Both the position numbers and the translations under genes were made by a program. A stretch of DNA of 53,562 bases, filler included, from Streblomastix strix (Eukaryota), in NCBI GenBank assembly GCA_008636045.1. It is 3 parts of 3 records of this genome, joined end to end, with 100 filler letters (N's around TTAATTAATTAA, not from the genome) between each part and the next. Parts side by side here need not be neighbours in the genome. Positions count along the whole stretch, not along the records: positions 1 to 17,789 come from SNRW01000673.1; 2 more parts are not named here. One strand, 5' to 3'. The first letter of the stretch is position 1, and every line of letters begins with the position of its first letter. The notes under the pieces were generated by a model. It was not told the DNA's origin. It ran no database searches and saw only the letters and a list, made by a program, of their open reading frames with translations. Of the stretch, positions 1 through 12,669 are shown in pieces.

Positions 1-2
1 TG

Positions 3-960
3 AGGATTCAGAATTGGATTGTCACGCACAATAGAAAATAAAAGCGCAAAAGAACGTAAAGGTCCCTTTTTGAGTCGTAGAGCAGCACGTGTAGCTCATG
101 ATACTCTAGTCATCACGGGACACACTCAAAAAGGCGCAAGCGCAGGAGACACAGTGTTTCAACCTCGAATTCAAGTAGATCTACTCGCTCTAGATCACCA
201 CGAAGAGAAAGTCATCATTATCGACATTACCACCATTAACACAACCGCAGAGATGAGCAATTTCGAAAGGAAATAGGCAAAATAGTAGGAGTACACAGGC
301 GTTCCTAGTTTGACCCGAACAAGATTGAACCTAGAGAGTATTGGAGGAGTTCAGCAGAATAAAATAGATGGCGATACGAGAATCTGTGGTCTACTTCGGA
401 ACCAGCTGAAATTCAACCCATTAAAATGTAACACGCATATGCCGACCGCGCTTGAGCATTTTTACTCGCGGAGTGCGCACTGTTTGCTTAGATTCACCAC
501 ATCATACCTGACTAACCACCTTCCAGATATCTAATTGATGCATACCTCATGTGTCTAACAGCAGGTGCGAGTCTAAGGTCGATTAGATTTGCACATCCTG
601 CCTAAGGATAGAGTAGGAATTAAGCATCGCGCAACTATAGATCAGCCCCAACTAAAGCCCCATCCACATATGAGAACGCTCCTTATTACAGAAGGCGCAA
701 CAACCACAGAGAAAGAGGACACAGGCAACCGAACGACAATCAACGCGCATTCAATCGCGACAGACACGTGACGCAGAATCCCCAATAAGAGATATCAATG
801 GAAGGAGAAGATGGAGAGCAGAATGGAGCTTAGAGTCGCATGCAGAAAGATGAAGTACATTATGAAGATGACGATTTGTTGGGGTTACAGTTAAAAATAA
901 ACACCTAGATCTTATTGATTGCGAGTTGCCATCGAGCAACAATTATTATTCCGCAACTTG
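3..960 (+). pseudogene. gag-like ORF1 (C-terminal part) of DIRS element
   Basis: Arg/Ser/His-rich frame (SKRRKRRRHSVSTSNSSRSTRSRSPRRESHHYRHYH) directly upstream of RT; contains TGA stops. Identity is by position only. Confidence 0.5.
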
Positions 961-989
961 CCGTGGAGACCAGAGCGATTTAAACTTAA

Positions 990-2905
990 GTGCGGTACGA
1001 AGTGGGCGCCAGATTATTGTACTTCTTGCCGCAATGGAGATCGATAGACAAGTGCGAGAGAATACTTAGATGTATAGCGCTTTCCTGGAGAGATCAAGAC
1101 AGTGCGCATAATATAGAAGTCCTGAGACACAAGACCGCGTTCAAGGGAGATTTAGAAGCACACTCGAGCTTATCTAAAATTATCTAGTAAGAGCTGGAAG
1201 ACGACGTTATAACCCAGGTCCAAGACTTTTTCGTAAAGTGCTGGAATCCAATTTTCGCGATCTCAAAGAAGAAAGAAGGCTGGAGGAAGATCCTGGACTG
1301 TCGAATTCTGAATAGCGAGTTGGAAACAGAGTATTTCATGGTGGAAGGAATAACTGACATTCAGGAAATAATAATGCCCAACGATTGGACTACAACAATA
1401 GACTTGCATTAAGCCTTCCGTCACATTAGAGTAGCAGAAGAGAAACGACCATATCTATGCTTTAGCTTTAATGGTCTCTCTTATAGCAACAAAGGGATGT
1501 CATTTGGAGTTTCAACGGCCCTGTGAACATTTACTAAATGCCTCCAACTAGTAATAGCAGAGGCTAGGAAGCAATGCAGCTTGCGAATCTTCGTCTACAT
1601 AGACAATAATCTGATCCTGAATTAAGTTCCTACAGCATTAAAACGCGAAACATAGCAAATAATATAGATCTTACAAGAGTTTGGTAGGATGATCGCAATG
1701 GCCAAGAGCTAGATCAATCCGACGCAGACAGTAGAGTTCATGTGCTGGCTTTGAAATACGAGAAAAATGACAATATAAACGACAACATCCTGAAGGAGAG
1801 AAGTCTTGAAATAACTAAAATATTTGATGTAACTAGCTAAGAGAAGGAAGCTCCTAAGAATAAGAAACTCATCATCGGTAATTGGCGAGATCCAATTCAC
1901 AAGAGCACAATTTAAACGAGGCGCACATCACACCATGTTGCTCTATAAGTTGAAGAACAAGGAAGTGGCCAGTGGACGTTGGAACAAGTGGACTAAAATC
2001 AATAGGAGCGCGATACCAGATATAACTTGGAGGATCAACAAGTTAGCCCATAATCAGCCATTGCGCTTCACGAAACCTAACAAGTGGATAACAATCCTGA
2101 CCGATGCTTCGAATTCAGGTAGGGGGGCAACACTAACCAGAGAGAACAATGAGAAGGTTTTCGCACACGGAAAATGGAAAAACAATAACCTCAAGAGCTC
2201 TAATAAGCGAGAAGTGACAGCAGTTCAGAAAGCACTCTTAGAGTTCCGTCAAGAATTGATTTAATAACAGCTTATTGGAATACAATTACTCACAGAAAAC
2301 ACAGTTACAATGTACTACCTTAACAAGGGCAAGGGATCTATTATGATCACTCCACTAGTGGACAAACTACTTAAGCTAGCAGAACAATATAATTGGATAA
2401 TAGAAGTCAGTCATATTCCCGACCTTTCGAACACTATACCGGAGAGCTTATGAAGGTTATATGGATGCGGAGATTACGCATTCAAGAGAGAAGTTCATTA
2501 AAAAATTGTTAAAGGAGCTTGGGATCTAGATCTCTATAGACATATTTGCGACACGCGCGAACCTAAAATGCACGAGATATTGTAGTATCATCGAAAACAA
2601 GTTTGCTGTCAAGCAAAATGGATTCAAGCTAGAATGGTCAAAGGAAATCCCATTACTGCATCGTCCAATCTCTTAACTTGTGAAAACTATCAGGAAAGTC
2701 AAGAAGGAACGAGTTCCAGTAGCAGTCTTGATAACACCAAAATAGCCCAACTAAAAGTGGTTCACAGAGCTAAGAGAGATTGCGATACAGAAAGTATGCT
2801 TAGGAGAGAATACGCAAGTCTTAGTAATGGGTACAAAACATAGAATCAAAGGATGGGCGCAGCCATCTGGATTGATTTACCTTTTTTTTAGTGGGAGCAA
2901 AGACG
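990..2905 (+). pseudogene. pol: reverse transcriptase + RNase H + DIRS methyltransferase-like domain (disrupted)
   Basis: Motifs WNPIFAISKK, WRKILDCRILN, TTIDLHQAFRHI, FGVSTA, YIDN (degenerate YIDD), ILTDASNSGRGA, SSNKREVTAV, IDIFATRAN...EWSKEIPLLHRP. In-frame TGA at 1524 and other lesions. Confidence 0.88.
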
Positions 2906-2909
2906 GAGA

Positions 2910-4436
2910 GAGAAGCTTTTCAGACAACTGTTATAAGCTAGAGGACTGAGCTCCAACGCGGTAGATCTAGTCATTTCTAATTGGTCCAGCCAGTGGATAA
3001 CACATATTGCAAGACTCCGGTTGCTAGCAGGATACCTCAAGAGGATCCCCCTACAGCCTGACTACCTTTTAAATTTAGATCAACGATAGATCTTCATGGT
3101 AAACTATTTGGAAGATGCAATAAGTCAAAAGTGTTTAAATAATTCAGTCAAGAATTAACGATGTGCAATAGCAGTGTTGCTTAAGTTTTTGGGATACTCA
3201 GAGCAATAGATCCAATCTGATCTAGTTAAGCAGCTTATGCGAAAGATTATAATGCAACTTAGATAATCAGACAATGAAAAGCAGATCTGTGATTTAGACA
3301 TTTTATTAAATTACATCAAATCATAAGTCCCGTTATTAGAACAAGGGCTCGTCACAATACAACAAAGGAGAGCAATTGCTGCAATACGAGAAATGGTGTT
3401 CACAGTAGCTAGTTTGGCAGAATTGCATAGAGCCACACTACTTAGTACATCGGATGATGAGTATATAATCTAAACAACATTCTTAAAGTCCCCCCAAAGC
3501 ATTGCTGAATTTAAATTTTACAAGATTCCTGATGAGAGAATTTGCCCACTGCGTTGGTTCAAATCCTGGTTTGCGGATAGGGAATCAAACATTCCAAACA
3601 AGGCCCAAGAACTCTGGAGGTTCAGACATGTGGAGAGATACATCCAAGCTGATGATCTTAACAAAGCCATAAGTGTAGTAATGTAATCACCCGGCATTAG
3701 CAAGACATATTCTGTTACCTCCATTAGAGCTTCTGCAATTAACAAACCCCTAAAACATAATGTAAGTAGTGCGTAAGTTGATAGATTCACTCACCACTCT
3801 GACACTGCCTCCACAGTAAGACAATATTATGACAAGAACAACAATGTTGAAGCCAGAAAAGTGCTCTGCTAGAAAAAAGAGGAACTTAACAACGAAGAAG
3901 ATGAAGAGCAAGAGAGAACAATACTAGAAGAGATTGAACATGAGAGATCTAATGTTGAATAGAGAATACCAAGCCCTGATGGGGTTCTTTCTCCAAGCTT
4001 GAGCGACCTGGAGTTTTCTTAACCCCTCAGTGGCTTTCATAACACCTAACCGTAGTCCTCCATTGAGACTGGGGACATCTTTTAACCATTTTTATAATAT
4101 TCTAGAATTCAAACCGAAGAAGTTGAAGTCTAAAAGACTCAATAAGATGCTACGAATGCTGAAGAAGTAGCCTGACTCTTAGATACTTTCAATATTGGCA
4201 GAGTCAATAAACAATCGAAGAGCTCACTATCTCTGCAGGAAATAGTTTATAACCCGGAGGAATATAAATAATCCTCTGGAAGAGATATGAGCTCTTAATT
4301 TGTCCCACCACATTAAGATGTTACCATCCTTAAGAATTTGGGGCAAACGGAGAGCTCAGTACTCTAGACATAGAGCAGTGCTGAGGAAGAGCACGAAGCG
4401 CCAATGATAAAAGAAAAAGAAACAGATGATTCATGA
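2910..4436 (+). pseudogene. Tyrosine recombinase of DIRS element with long acidic C-terminal tail
   Basis: With TAA/TAG=Q the frame reads EKLFRQLL...FTVASLAELHRA...ICPLRWF...YSVTSIRASA...DRFTHHSDTASTVRQYYDK. TGA at 4173-4175, after which the same frame stays open to TGA at 4434-4436. Confidence 0.85.
4202..4303. repeat. Internal complementary region (ICR) of DIRS element 1
   Basis: 4202-4234 is a direct near-copy of 4558-4589; 4266-4303 is an inverted copy of 4567-4604. Confidence 0.8.
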
Positions 4437-4849
4437 ACAGCAACTGCTTTCGCATGTTCCAGTTCCTGAAACGCAGTTTATTTTATTATATTTACTATTT
4501 ATTTATTTGACCATGTCACGATTTTTACGGGCTGTGCACATTGGCGGGTGCCCTGAAAGTCAATAAACAAATGAAGAGCTCATATCTCTTCCGAAGGATT
4601 GTTCAGATTAATCATATATTGTTTTTGATGTGAAAACAAATGTCAAATGATCCATTTTCAGATTGCAAAGTGTGTGTATTATTTGAGAAAGCATTATTTT
4701 GAATATTGATTTCAAATCTTTGATTAGTAATAAAAATTCTACCTGAGTGCATTCATTAGCAACTTGAGAATTTGAAATTTATAATAGAAATTTTTTCAAT
4801 CCATTTATTATTACGTTATTCATTTTTCTTGAATAAGTTAATTGGATGG

Positions 4850-5300
4850 AAGTAAGTATGAATAGAATTGAATTCTTGGTTTAATTTTGAAGCATCATCA
4901 TTTGAATTTAAACAAATTGCTCCACATGATATAGAACCATTAGAACAATTGCTATTACAACCCCAAAACATCTCATTGTTGATCTTCAATTCAAAATTTA
5001 GGTTCCAATGGGCACATTTGCATCTTCACCACAAATTGCATAGATTTTTGAAAGTAGATGCGAGATCACAAATATTTATTGATTTATGTGAGAATAAGTG
5101 CAGAATTAAAATTTGTTACTTTCCTGCTATTTATAGAATAGAATTAGCAATATTCAAAAATATGAAATATAGAAACATTATGAAGAGTTTATCCATAGCC
5201 AATGAAAAATATATGTGACAATATCAAAAGATCCATTATTACTATATTGAACAGCAAAGAATGTAAATTCTACATTCAATTATTAATATTTTTGAATTAT
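4850..5300 (-). pseudogene. Decayed fragment, possibly of a Cys-containing surface protein
   Basis: Minus-strand pieces such as CGEDANVPIG and FWGCNSNCSNGSISCGAICLNSNDDASKLKPRIQFYSYLLP; frame broken. Confidence 0.3.
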
Positions 5301-8300
5301 TGGCACAATTAGATTTATTGTTAATATAATTATAGTTTTATTTAATCACGTTTCATCATCTCTCCTTTTTGTTGTTTTAACTTCTTCGTTAACTCTAATC
5401 TTAATTTCATTCCATATTATTGATTCATCAATAAAAATATTTTCATTTTATTCTTCATTTATTAGTATAATTTATATTCTGATGTAATTGTATGAGTTTT
5501 TTTTAGTGCTTAATTTATTGAGTATAATTAATAATCTTTACCCCATTTTCCTTAATTTGATAACTTTTTATTGACAATAAGAGTTATTTTCAGATTTATC
5601 AGGATCAAATGATTGTATATTTGAGATGAGTATTTAGTTATTTACACTTTTAGCAACAGTTGAAGTTCTTCGAACAATCATTGAAATTATCTCAGCTTTT
5701 GTTTTACTAATATCCAAAGATTAAAAAGTAAAAAGCCAATATAAAATAGCATCTTTTTAAATTTGGATTTCAATATTAATTGTATTATTTTAGAACTTGC
5801 AGTCATAGAATTTGCAAATATATGTTTTAAAATAAGATTTAAACCCACAAGTTTTATTCACAATTTTATTCACGAATTTATTTCTGTTGATAAAAAATTC
5901 ATTAGAGTTGCAATTTAATTCGGATGAAGTTTCTATATAAATTGCTCTAGATCCATCATTCATTGTACAAATTTTTCAATTTATTTTCAATTAATGCAAT
6001 TCCTGTTTGTGACTAAAATATTTATCGAAATATTTCTTATCCTTTTGGATTATTCTATAGAATATTCAAAAACTTAAAATTTTAAATAATAATTTCTAAT
6101 TTTTTTGATTCAATTCAAAGTTTATAGCAGAATATTATGTTGTAATGCAAGCATGCTTGAATTTGCATGTCCAAAATTATGATAAAATTTAGATTGTTTC
6201 TTTATATGAAACAGTTAGCACCTTTGAATTAACTGAACCTATTTAAAATGCAGTAAATAATAGTCATTTTATTCTTAAGTATATTTCCAAAGACTTTTAT
6301 TAATGCAAAAACGGAGTTTTTTAATCGAATATCTTTAAATTGTTGATTTGAATGCTTCATAAATTTAAATTTTCAGATTTAATATTAATTATTATTTATT
6401 CGTTCTCTAAAATAACAAATATTGGTTTAAGCATTATTTTACTGAGAAAAAAACGGAATTACATTTAATAAACAATGGCTGAATTAATATTAAATCAAAA
6501 ATACTTTCGATCAAAACTTCATTAAGAATATTGATAGAATCAGGATTAATCAATGGATCAGTTTTATCATTGTCGATTTTGCTCACTGCATATGATATAT
6601 TTGGATAAGGGTTGTTATAAGAACCATATTTTTTCCAAATTCCATTCAATAAAATAATTAACGATCCATTAAAATATGATAAATTCAACGTTTCGTACAA
6701 CATATCTCTGATAATAAATATATTTCATATTAAATCATCTAAAAAAGATGCACTAAATGTTTAATATGATAATTATGTAACATTTCTTGTGTTTTTCTAG
6801 AAATCCCATTAATGAGCTAAAATGACAATTTCTGATGAAAATCTTGATGAGTTTTTAATTATCAGATCGTTCTGTTTAAACATTTATCATCTGTTTCTCT
6901 TACTTGAATTTGAAACTCTGAAAATATTAACAAAAAAAGAATAAACAAATAAAACAAATTTAATATATATTTTAATTTTAAATAATTTGATAAATTTTGA
7001 TAAAAATGAAATTATATGCTTCGTTAATTTCCAAAAAATCGTCATGATAAGCATCAAATATTTGAATTTAAAACGTATATGATTGTATATATGTTTGATT
7101 TAATAACTCACAAACTGTTTGAATACGCTCCTGGTCCATCCAAACTTACATACCAATAACATACTAAATTTAATATAATAAAAAAAATAATTCTTTCGAT
7201 ATTTATTCGAGAAATTCTCGATATGAATAACTTATGTAAAAATGAATACGATTATTATCATTTATTATAAACATAAATAAAGTTGAACAACATTATTCCT
7301 TTTTAAATATTTATTATCAGAGGAAAATGTATTTTTATAAAAAAAAAATATTTTAATTGAGAAAAAAAAGATAAGGCTAATAAAGACGAAGGATTTAAGT
7401 AAATTTTATTTAGTTGTTTAAATTATTCACAAGAATATTATTAAAAGTAATAAAAAGTTAAGTATTTAAAAAAAAATTTCGATTTTGTAAAAAACACGAG
7501 TTTAATTGAATGAATTGGAGAGGAAATGCAGATAATAAAAATATTTCATAATAATTGGCTTCGTTATATTAAAATATTTTAAAGAACTGTTAATATTTAG
7601 AAAACATGTAAGCAATTCAGATTTAATTCATCAATAAAATAATATATTTATTACAACTGTATAAAAAAGAGTATTAGTTGAAAAATTATTAAGATATGAG
7701 TAAAATTATACATAAAATTATCTGAACTTACATTTGAAATTAAAAACTTTAATGTAAAGTAGCGATAGTAGCTTTATAAATTGTGATAGATATTAAAAAA
7801 TGAAGAGAAAAAAGTTATTGATGATAATAAGATTAATAATAATAATGAAATAATATAAATTAAGATATAAATGTATCTTTATCATTCTTGTTGATTCATT
7901 TCGTTTTAATTATTTCCAGATTTCTTCATACTGTCCAGATTAACATTTGTTTCTGAGGATTGACTTTGTGCAAATAGAGAAGCTCTGTATTAATTCATAT
8001 TTTATGGATTAGAAATAGCTTATTTCAGACTAACCGATTCCTATGATCCAAAATAAGGTCCTTATTAAATATTTTCAGTTTGGCTCAGTGGTCCATGTAT
8101 TGATTGTGTTGAAATTGTATGCAAACTCATAGACTTAATCAGGAAACAATCATGCACTGTAGGTTTTTGATTCAAATGTTTTCATTATGTACCAAACATG
8201 ATATTGAAACTCTTACAAGCAAATCGTGTCGAGTAATTGATTGATGATTCGCTTAGAAGACGTTCCTATTTTTGCTGAAGCACCAATATCTCTTTTGATG

Positions 8301-9099
8301 TTTTCTATATTCCCTTTTCACCATGATCAAAAGTCGCTGGAGGCCTTATGGCTAACCAAATGATCCCACAAAGCTGTTGATCATCAATTTGCAGAGTTGA
8401 AAAGTCAATTGTTGTTCGTTTTGCTTATGAAAAGAAGTCTGCAATCTTTTCAATCAAAGTTTTTTTTCTACTTTTGGATATTGTATAAAGTAATTTGTAT
8501 TCTTTTTTGTTAATTAGCAATTTATATATTTCTATATCTCAAGCTATTTTTCAATACTGTTTAATCTATTTTTCAAATTTCATGTTTACTATCGGAATAT
8601 TTAACTATCTCCAAATAAATTTTGAGTCCGCCATAATTAGTATTTTGGACGTTTAAATAATTAAGTTTTACTACTATTTGATCCTGCTTGTTGCGATTAT
8701 TCAACAAACTCCGTCATCTCAACATCTCTAGGAATAGTTACGTTTTGCGTAAGATAATACTATCTTATTCATAACCAACTTAAAATGTTTAATGATAATC
8801 AAAAGACTTAATATGAGAAGCTAAATTATTATGATTTGGATCATTATCTTTGTAAAATTAAAATTTATTTCTGTTTTTATAGCAATAAATTTATGATAAG
8901 ATTGTATGAGAAAACAGAATTTTCGCATCGTTGATCAATTTATTAATTTTGCTAATCCTTGATGGACTATCATTGAAGCCATCATATTAACGAGTTTTAA
9001 GTTATATCCCTCTTAAATGAATCTAATGGTTAATTTTCTTTTTTTCAAAATTATCATCGATCTTCTTAATTCTTTTTTCGTTATTATTCAGACATTTGA

Positions 9100-10900
9100 A
9101 ACTATGACAGCATGGGCAAAAGAGAAAGCATAATGCATTTAAAATAAGACCAGCTAATAAAGAAAGAACACCAACAACAATAAGGACTGTTGCTTAAATA
9201 AGAACTGCAGATCCACATGGCTAATCAGATTAAGCTATAATATTTTTTTTTTAATATCTGTTTCATGTTCGTCAATAATTGGAACTTCTTCTTCTTTGAT
9301 TTCAATCGGAATAGCTTTATTTTATCTCCGACTGTTCCAATATATATTCGTTTCTCATTCGAAGTAAGCAATCCAAATTTTTTGTCTTTGCAGTCCATCC
9401 AAAAAACTTCTTTCAATCCAAATATCACTTCTTTTTTCGTTTGAAGATCACCCAAAAATTCAATTTGATCTTCGTTTTCATTCTCTGGAAAATATTATAT
9501 ATCATTGTCTTTGTTCAGAATTAATATTAATTTCTTTTTAAATCATGTTTTTTGTCCTAATTCAACAATCTTCCAATGTAATTATTCAACAATGAATCCT
9601 GACCATTTAAATGAAATTTGAATTTGAAGATCAGAATTCTATTTATAAACCAATACGTTATTTTGGATTTATAACCAAATTTAACTCCAACAGTAATGAA
9701 CATAATTATATTTATTCATCAAATTTTTCCGATGATGATATTGTGAGAGTTTCATAATCTTTAGGAATCCGTAACAATTCACATAAATCGGAATTTGCGT
9801 TTTCATAATCTTCTTTCTTCTATTCTGCTAAGATTCTATATTTACATCAATCATCCAATTTAGCCATTACAATATTCATGCTTTATCCATCATAAGTTGC
9901 TGAATTACCAGTAATCTTCATCCCTTTTAATTCAGAACGAATTTATGATTAAACATAATCACCAGTACCGCTAATAATGATTCAACCTCCATATTCAGTA
10001 TTGAGTGATGATGAAATAGCTTAACAATCTTGAATTTAAGCATCAAAGATCAAAAATAATTTTTATATATTAGCACAATATGATCGATCAGCATATATTT
10101 TTCCGCAATTTCTAGAATTTGCTTTATACAGCTTTGATTCAGATCAATTTTCAATTAAAAATTATCCTTCATATTCAATTTTGATACGCAATCCTCCTCC
10201 ACACTAAATTTCTCATTCTTATATTTATGTGCCTATTAATGAAACTTTTTCAATTAATTCAGTAATTATGCATAAATAGCTCCTACTAATGTTCTTTAAG
10301 ATTTACTGGCAGTAAATGTGCAATCTGTAATATCAACTTTATTTAACTTGTATGATAATACAGCTCCAATCGTTCCATCATTTATTTAATTTTCAATTTT
10401 AGTAATATTCTTTAATTGGCCGTCGAAACTGCGAATCGATCTAACTCCATTAAAATATTCTTTGATTAAGTTTTCAAGACAAGAAATATCTTTTGTATTT
10501 AAATTTGATATGATATGATTATCCCCTTTTTGAATGTTAACAAAACACTTTCCAATTGAATAATATGTATTCTATGAATAGAATTCACTGTCTTATAAAT
10601 CAACCTCAGATGAAGATAATAATCCAAAAATTCATGGATTGTCTTATTTAAGAGAAGTGCTTTTCATAGTAAAGTTAATCAACTGGAATCTCATATTTAC
10701 AGAAACATTGAAATTTACATCTGATTTAATTAGAATATCACTAAATGTAAACTTGTCATTGCAAAGTATTCAAATCAATTAGATTATCAAATATTGTAAT
10801 AAAAGTTTATTACTTTTGATAAAGATTTCCAAATTATAATTCTTGATTCATTTTCAATTATATCGTCATTATTAGATTATCAAAGAATTATTGAAATAAA
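9100..10900 (-). pseudogene. Decayed membrane-anchored beta-helix/PMP-like surface protein
   Basis: Minus-strand remnants GGGLRIKIEYEG, EYGG*IIISGTGDY, ELKGMKITGNSATYDGQSMNIVMAKLDD*CKY, plus a hydrophobic TM-like remnant at ~9130-9200; TGA stops and frameshifts. Confidence 0.55.
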
Positions 10901-11318
10901 CAGATATCTGATTATTTAAATTCAATGTTGAATAAATTAATTAATCAATCTATATATATTAGTAGATTTTGAATGGATTTCAAATAAAATGAATTAAAAA
11001 CAGCGTTCTCACTAGCTTTTCGACTTGCTGCATTTTGTAACAAGTCCAAAAAAATTAATCTGAAAGTGTTACAAGTCAAAATTGTCTACTATAATAAAAA
11101 TGGGACAAAAAAAATTCATCCAAATTATAAAAAATATCCGATGTTTTATTCAGTGCTTAATACAGCTAATTTAATAAAATAGTAATTTTAATAATAATAA
11201 AAATATTATTTATTTAATACATTAATTTATAAATAATAAAAATATATAAATCATTGAAAAATAAATCTAGATATTTTTTTTTGAAATTTATGTATTTTTA
11301 TTAATAATTATCAGTAAT

Positions 11319-12153
11319 CAGGTCTTTAAAAAATCGATAAAAAATTGAAGATTTCAGGACGGATTTAAATAATAAGTGCGGATTTGCATTAAATAAATAA
11401 TTTGACTAAATACCATATATTCATTTCATTTTTAAGTTTAAATTAATCTGCATACTCGACAATGGTGAGTTTCGGATTTATATTTAAATTTCTTGATTCA
11501 ACCACAATTATAATTTCAAACTTCATATTCTTAATTAATGTCATATTATTTTAATATTAAAGGACATTTACACCAAACATTTGATGTTTGTATCAATATT
11601 GAAGGAAGATCTTATATGAATTTTTTTAGAAATTTTAACCACTGTTTTCATTCAGATTACTGTTCAGTTTTATTAGTATTTGATTAACAAAAATGAAATT
11701 TATTTTTTAGATCAATATATTTTATTAACAAATATTTTATTCTAATTCTTTGAGTAGTGTTTTCCTAAGAAAGATTTTAAAATTTAAAAGTGTTCATATT
11801 CAGTAAATATTTACTTATTTCTGCATTTACTTTGAATAATTCAACATAATATGCTGAATATTTACCATTTTATAGGAATTCTACGCACAGCCTTGCCATT
11901 TTTCTTAGAAATTTTTTCGACTATTTTGCTAACAAGTCATATTTATTGAATAATTCCATTATAAACTATATTTTAAATAGTTAATGACTATTCATCATAA
12001 ATTTAAGTTATTATTGTAACCAATTAAATTTAGAAATTTTATCGGAAATTTTTTTATATTGACTTTTTCATAAAGTTACTAAAAAAAATCTGTCATTGAA
12101 CAAACTCTCTGCGGACAGATCCATCAAATCAGACCGTCAGTTTAAAACGCCTC
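11319..12153. mobile_element. Possible old non-autonomous hAT element
   Basis: Imperfect TIRs CAGGTCTTTAAAA / TTTAAAACGCCTC (9/13) flanked by TCAGTAAT / TCAATAAT (7/8 putative 8-bp TSD). Confidence 0.35.
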
Positions 12154-12669
12154 TCAATAATTAATAAAAAATTAATTTTTATACTATTTATCTATTTTTA
12201 ATTAGTGCATAACGACATTTATGGATATGGATATCTAGAAACACGAAAATATATTTTTGGAGAACAATTATGATTTATAGAAATTTGTAGATATATTACT
12301 TTATTAATATTAGTTTTTTTATATAATAAATTGAATTTAATTTTTTGCATATTATTTCTTGAAGAACTTTACAAATATGATAATAATTACTGAAAATAAA
12401 AAGAATGCTGATCATTAACGAGTAAAACATCTAAATATGTTGTTTAGTTGCTTTATAATTATTTGTTTAACTATTCATTCATAATTTAGATTAGACTACA
12501 CTATAATTCGTTAAACCTATCAAAATTGAGATTGTAAATATAAACTTAAGTCGTGATGATATAGAAGAAGACAAAAAGATATAAAAATAATTGTATTAAT
12601 TAACATCTTGTACGAAACTATTGTGATTTTGTTTAAAATTTTTTTATTTTTATATTATCAAATTAATTT

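Larger units (their letters stand above)
1..4605 (+). mobile_element. DIRS-type tyrosine-recombinase retrotransposon, 5'-truncated by window edge, decayed
   Basis: Order gag-like / RT / RNase H / methyltransferase-like / YR. ICR at ~4202-4303, whose second half (4266-4303) is the reverse complement of the 3' end 4567-4604 (33/38 nt by hand). Confidence 0.88.

Noticed and set aside
990..2905. RT as retron, DGR or group II intron, or bacterial contamination
   Set aside because: RT is followed by RNase H, MT and YR, uses the host TAA/TAG=Gln code, and has DIRS termini.
5300..8700. Minus-strand coding-like relics, faintly hAT-like (ILYW...RRTSTVA)
   Set aside because: Too degraded to assign; no convincing catalytic motifs or termini by eye.
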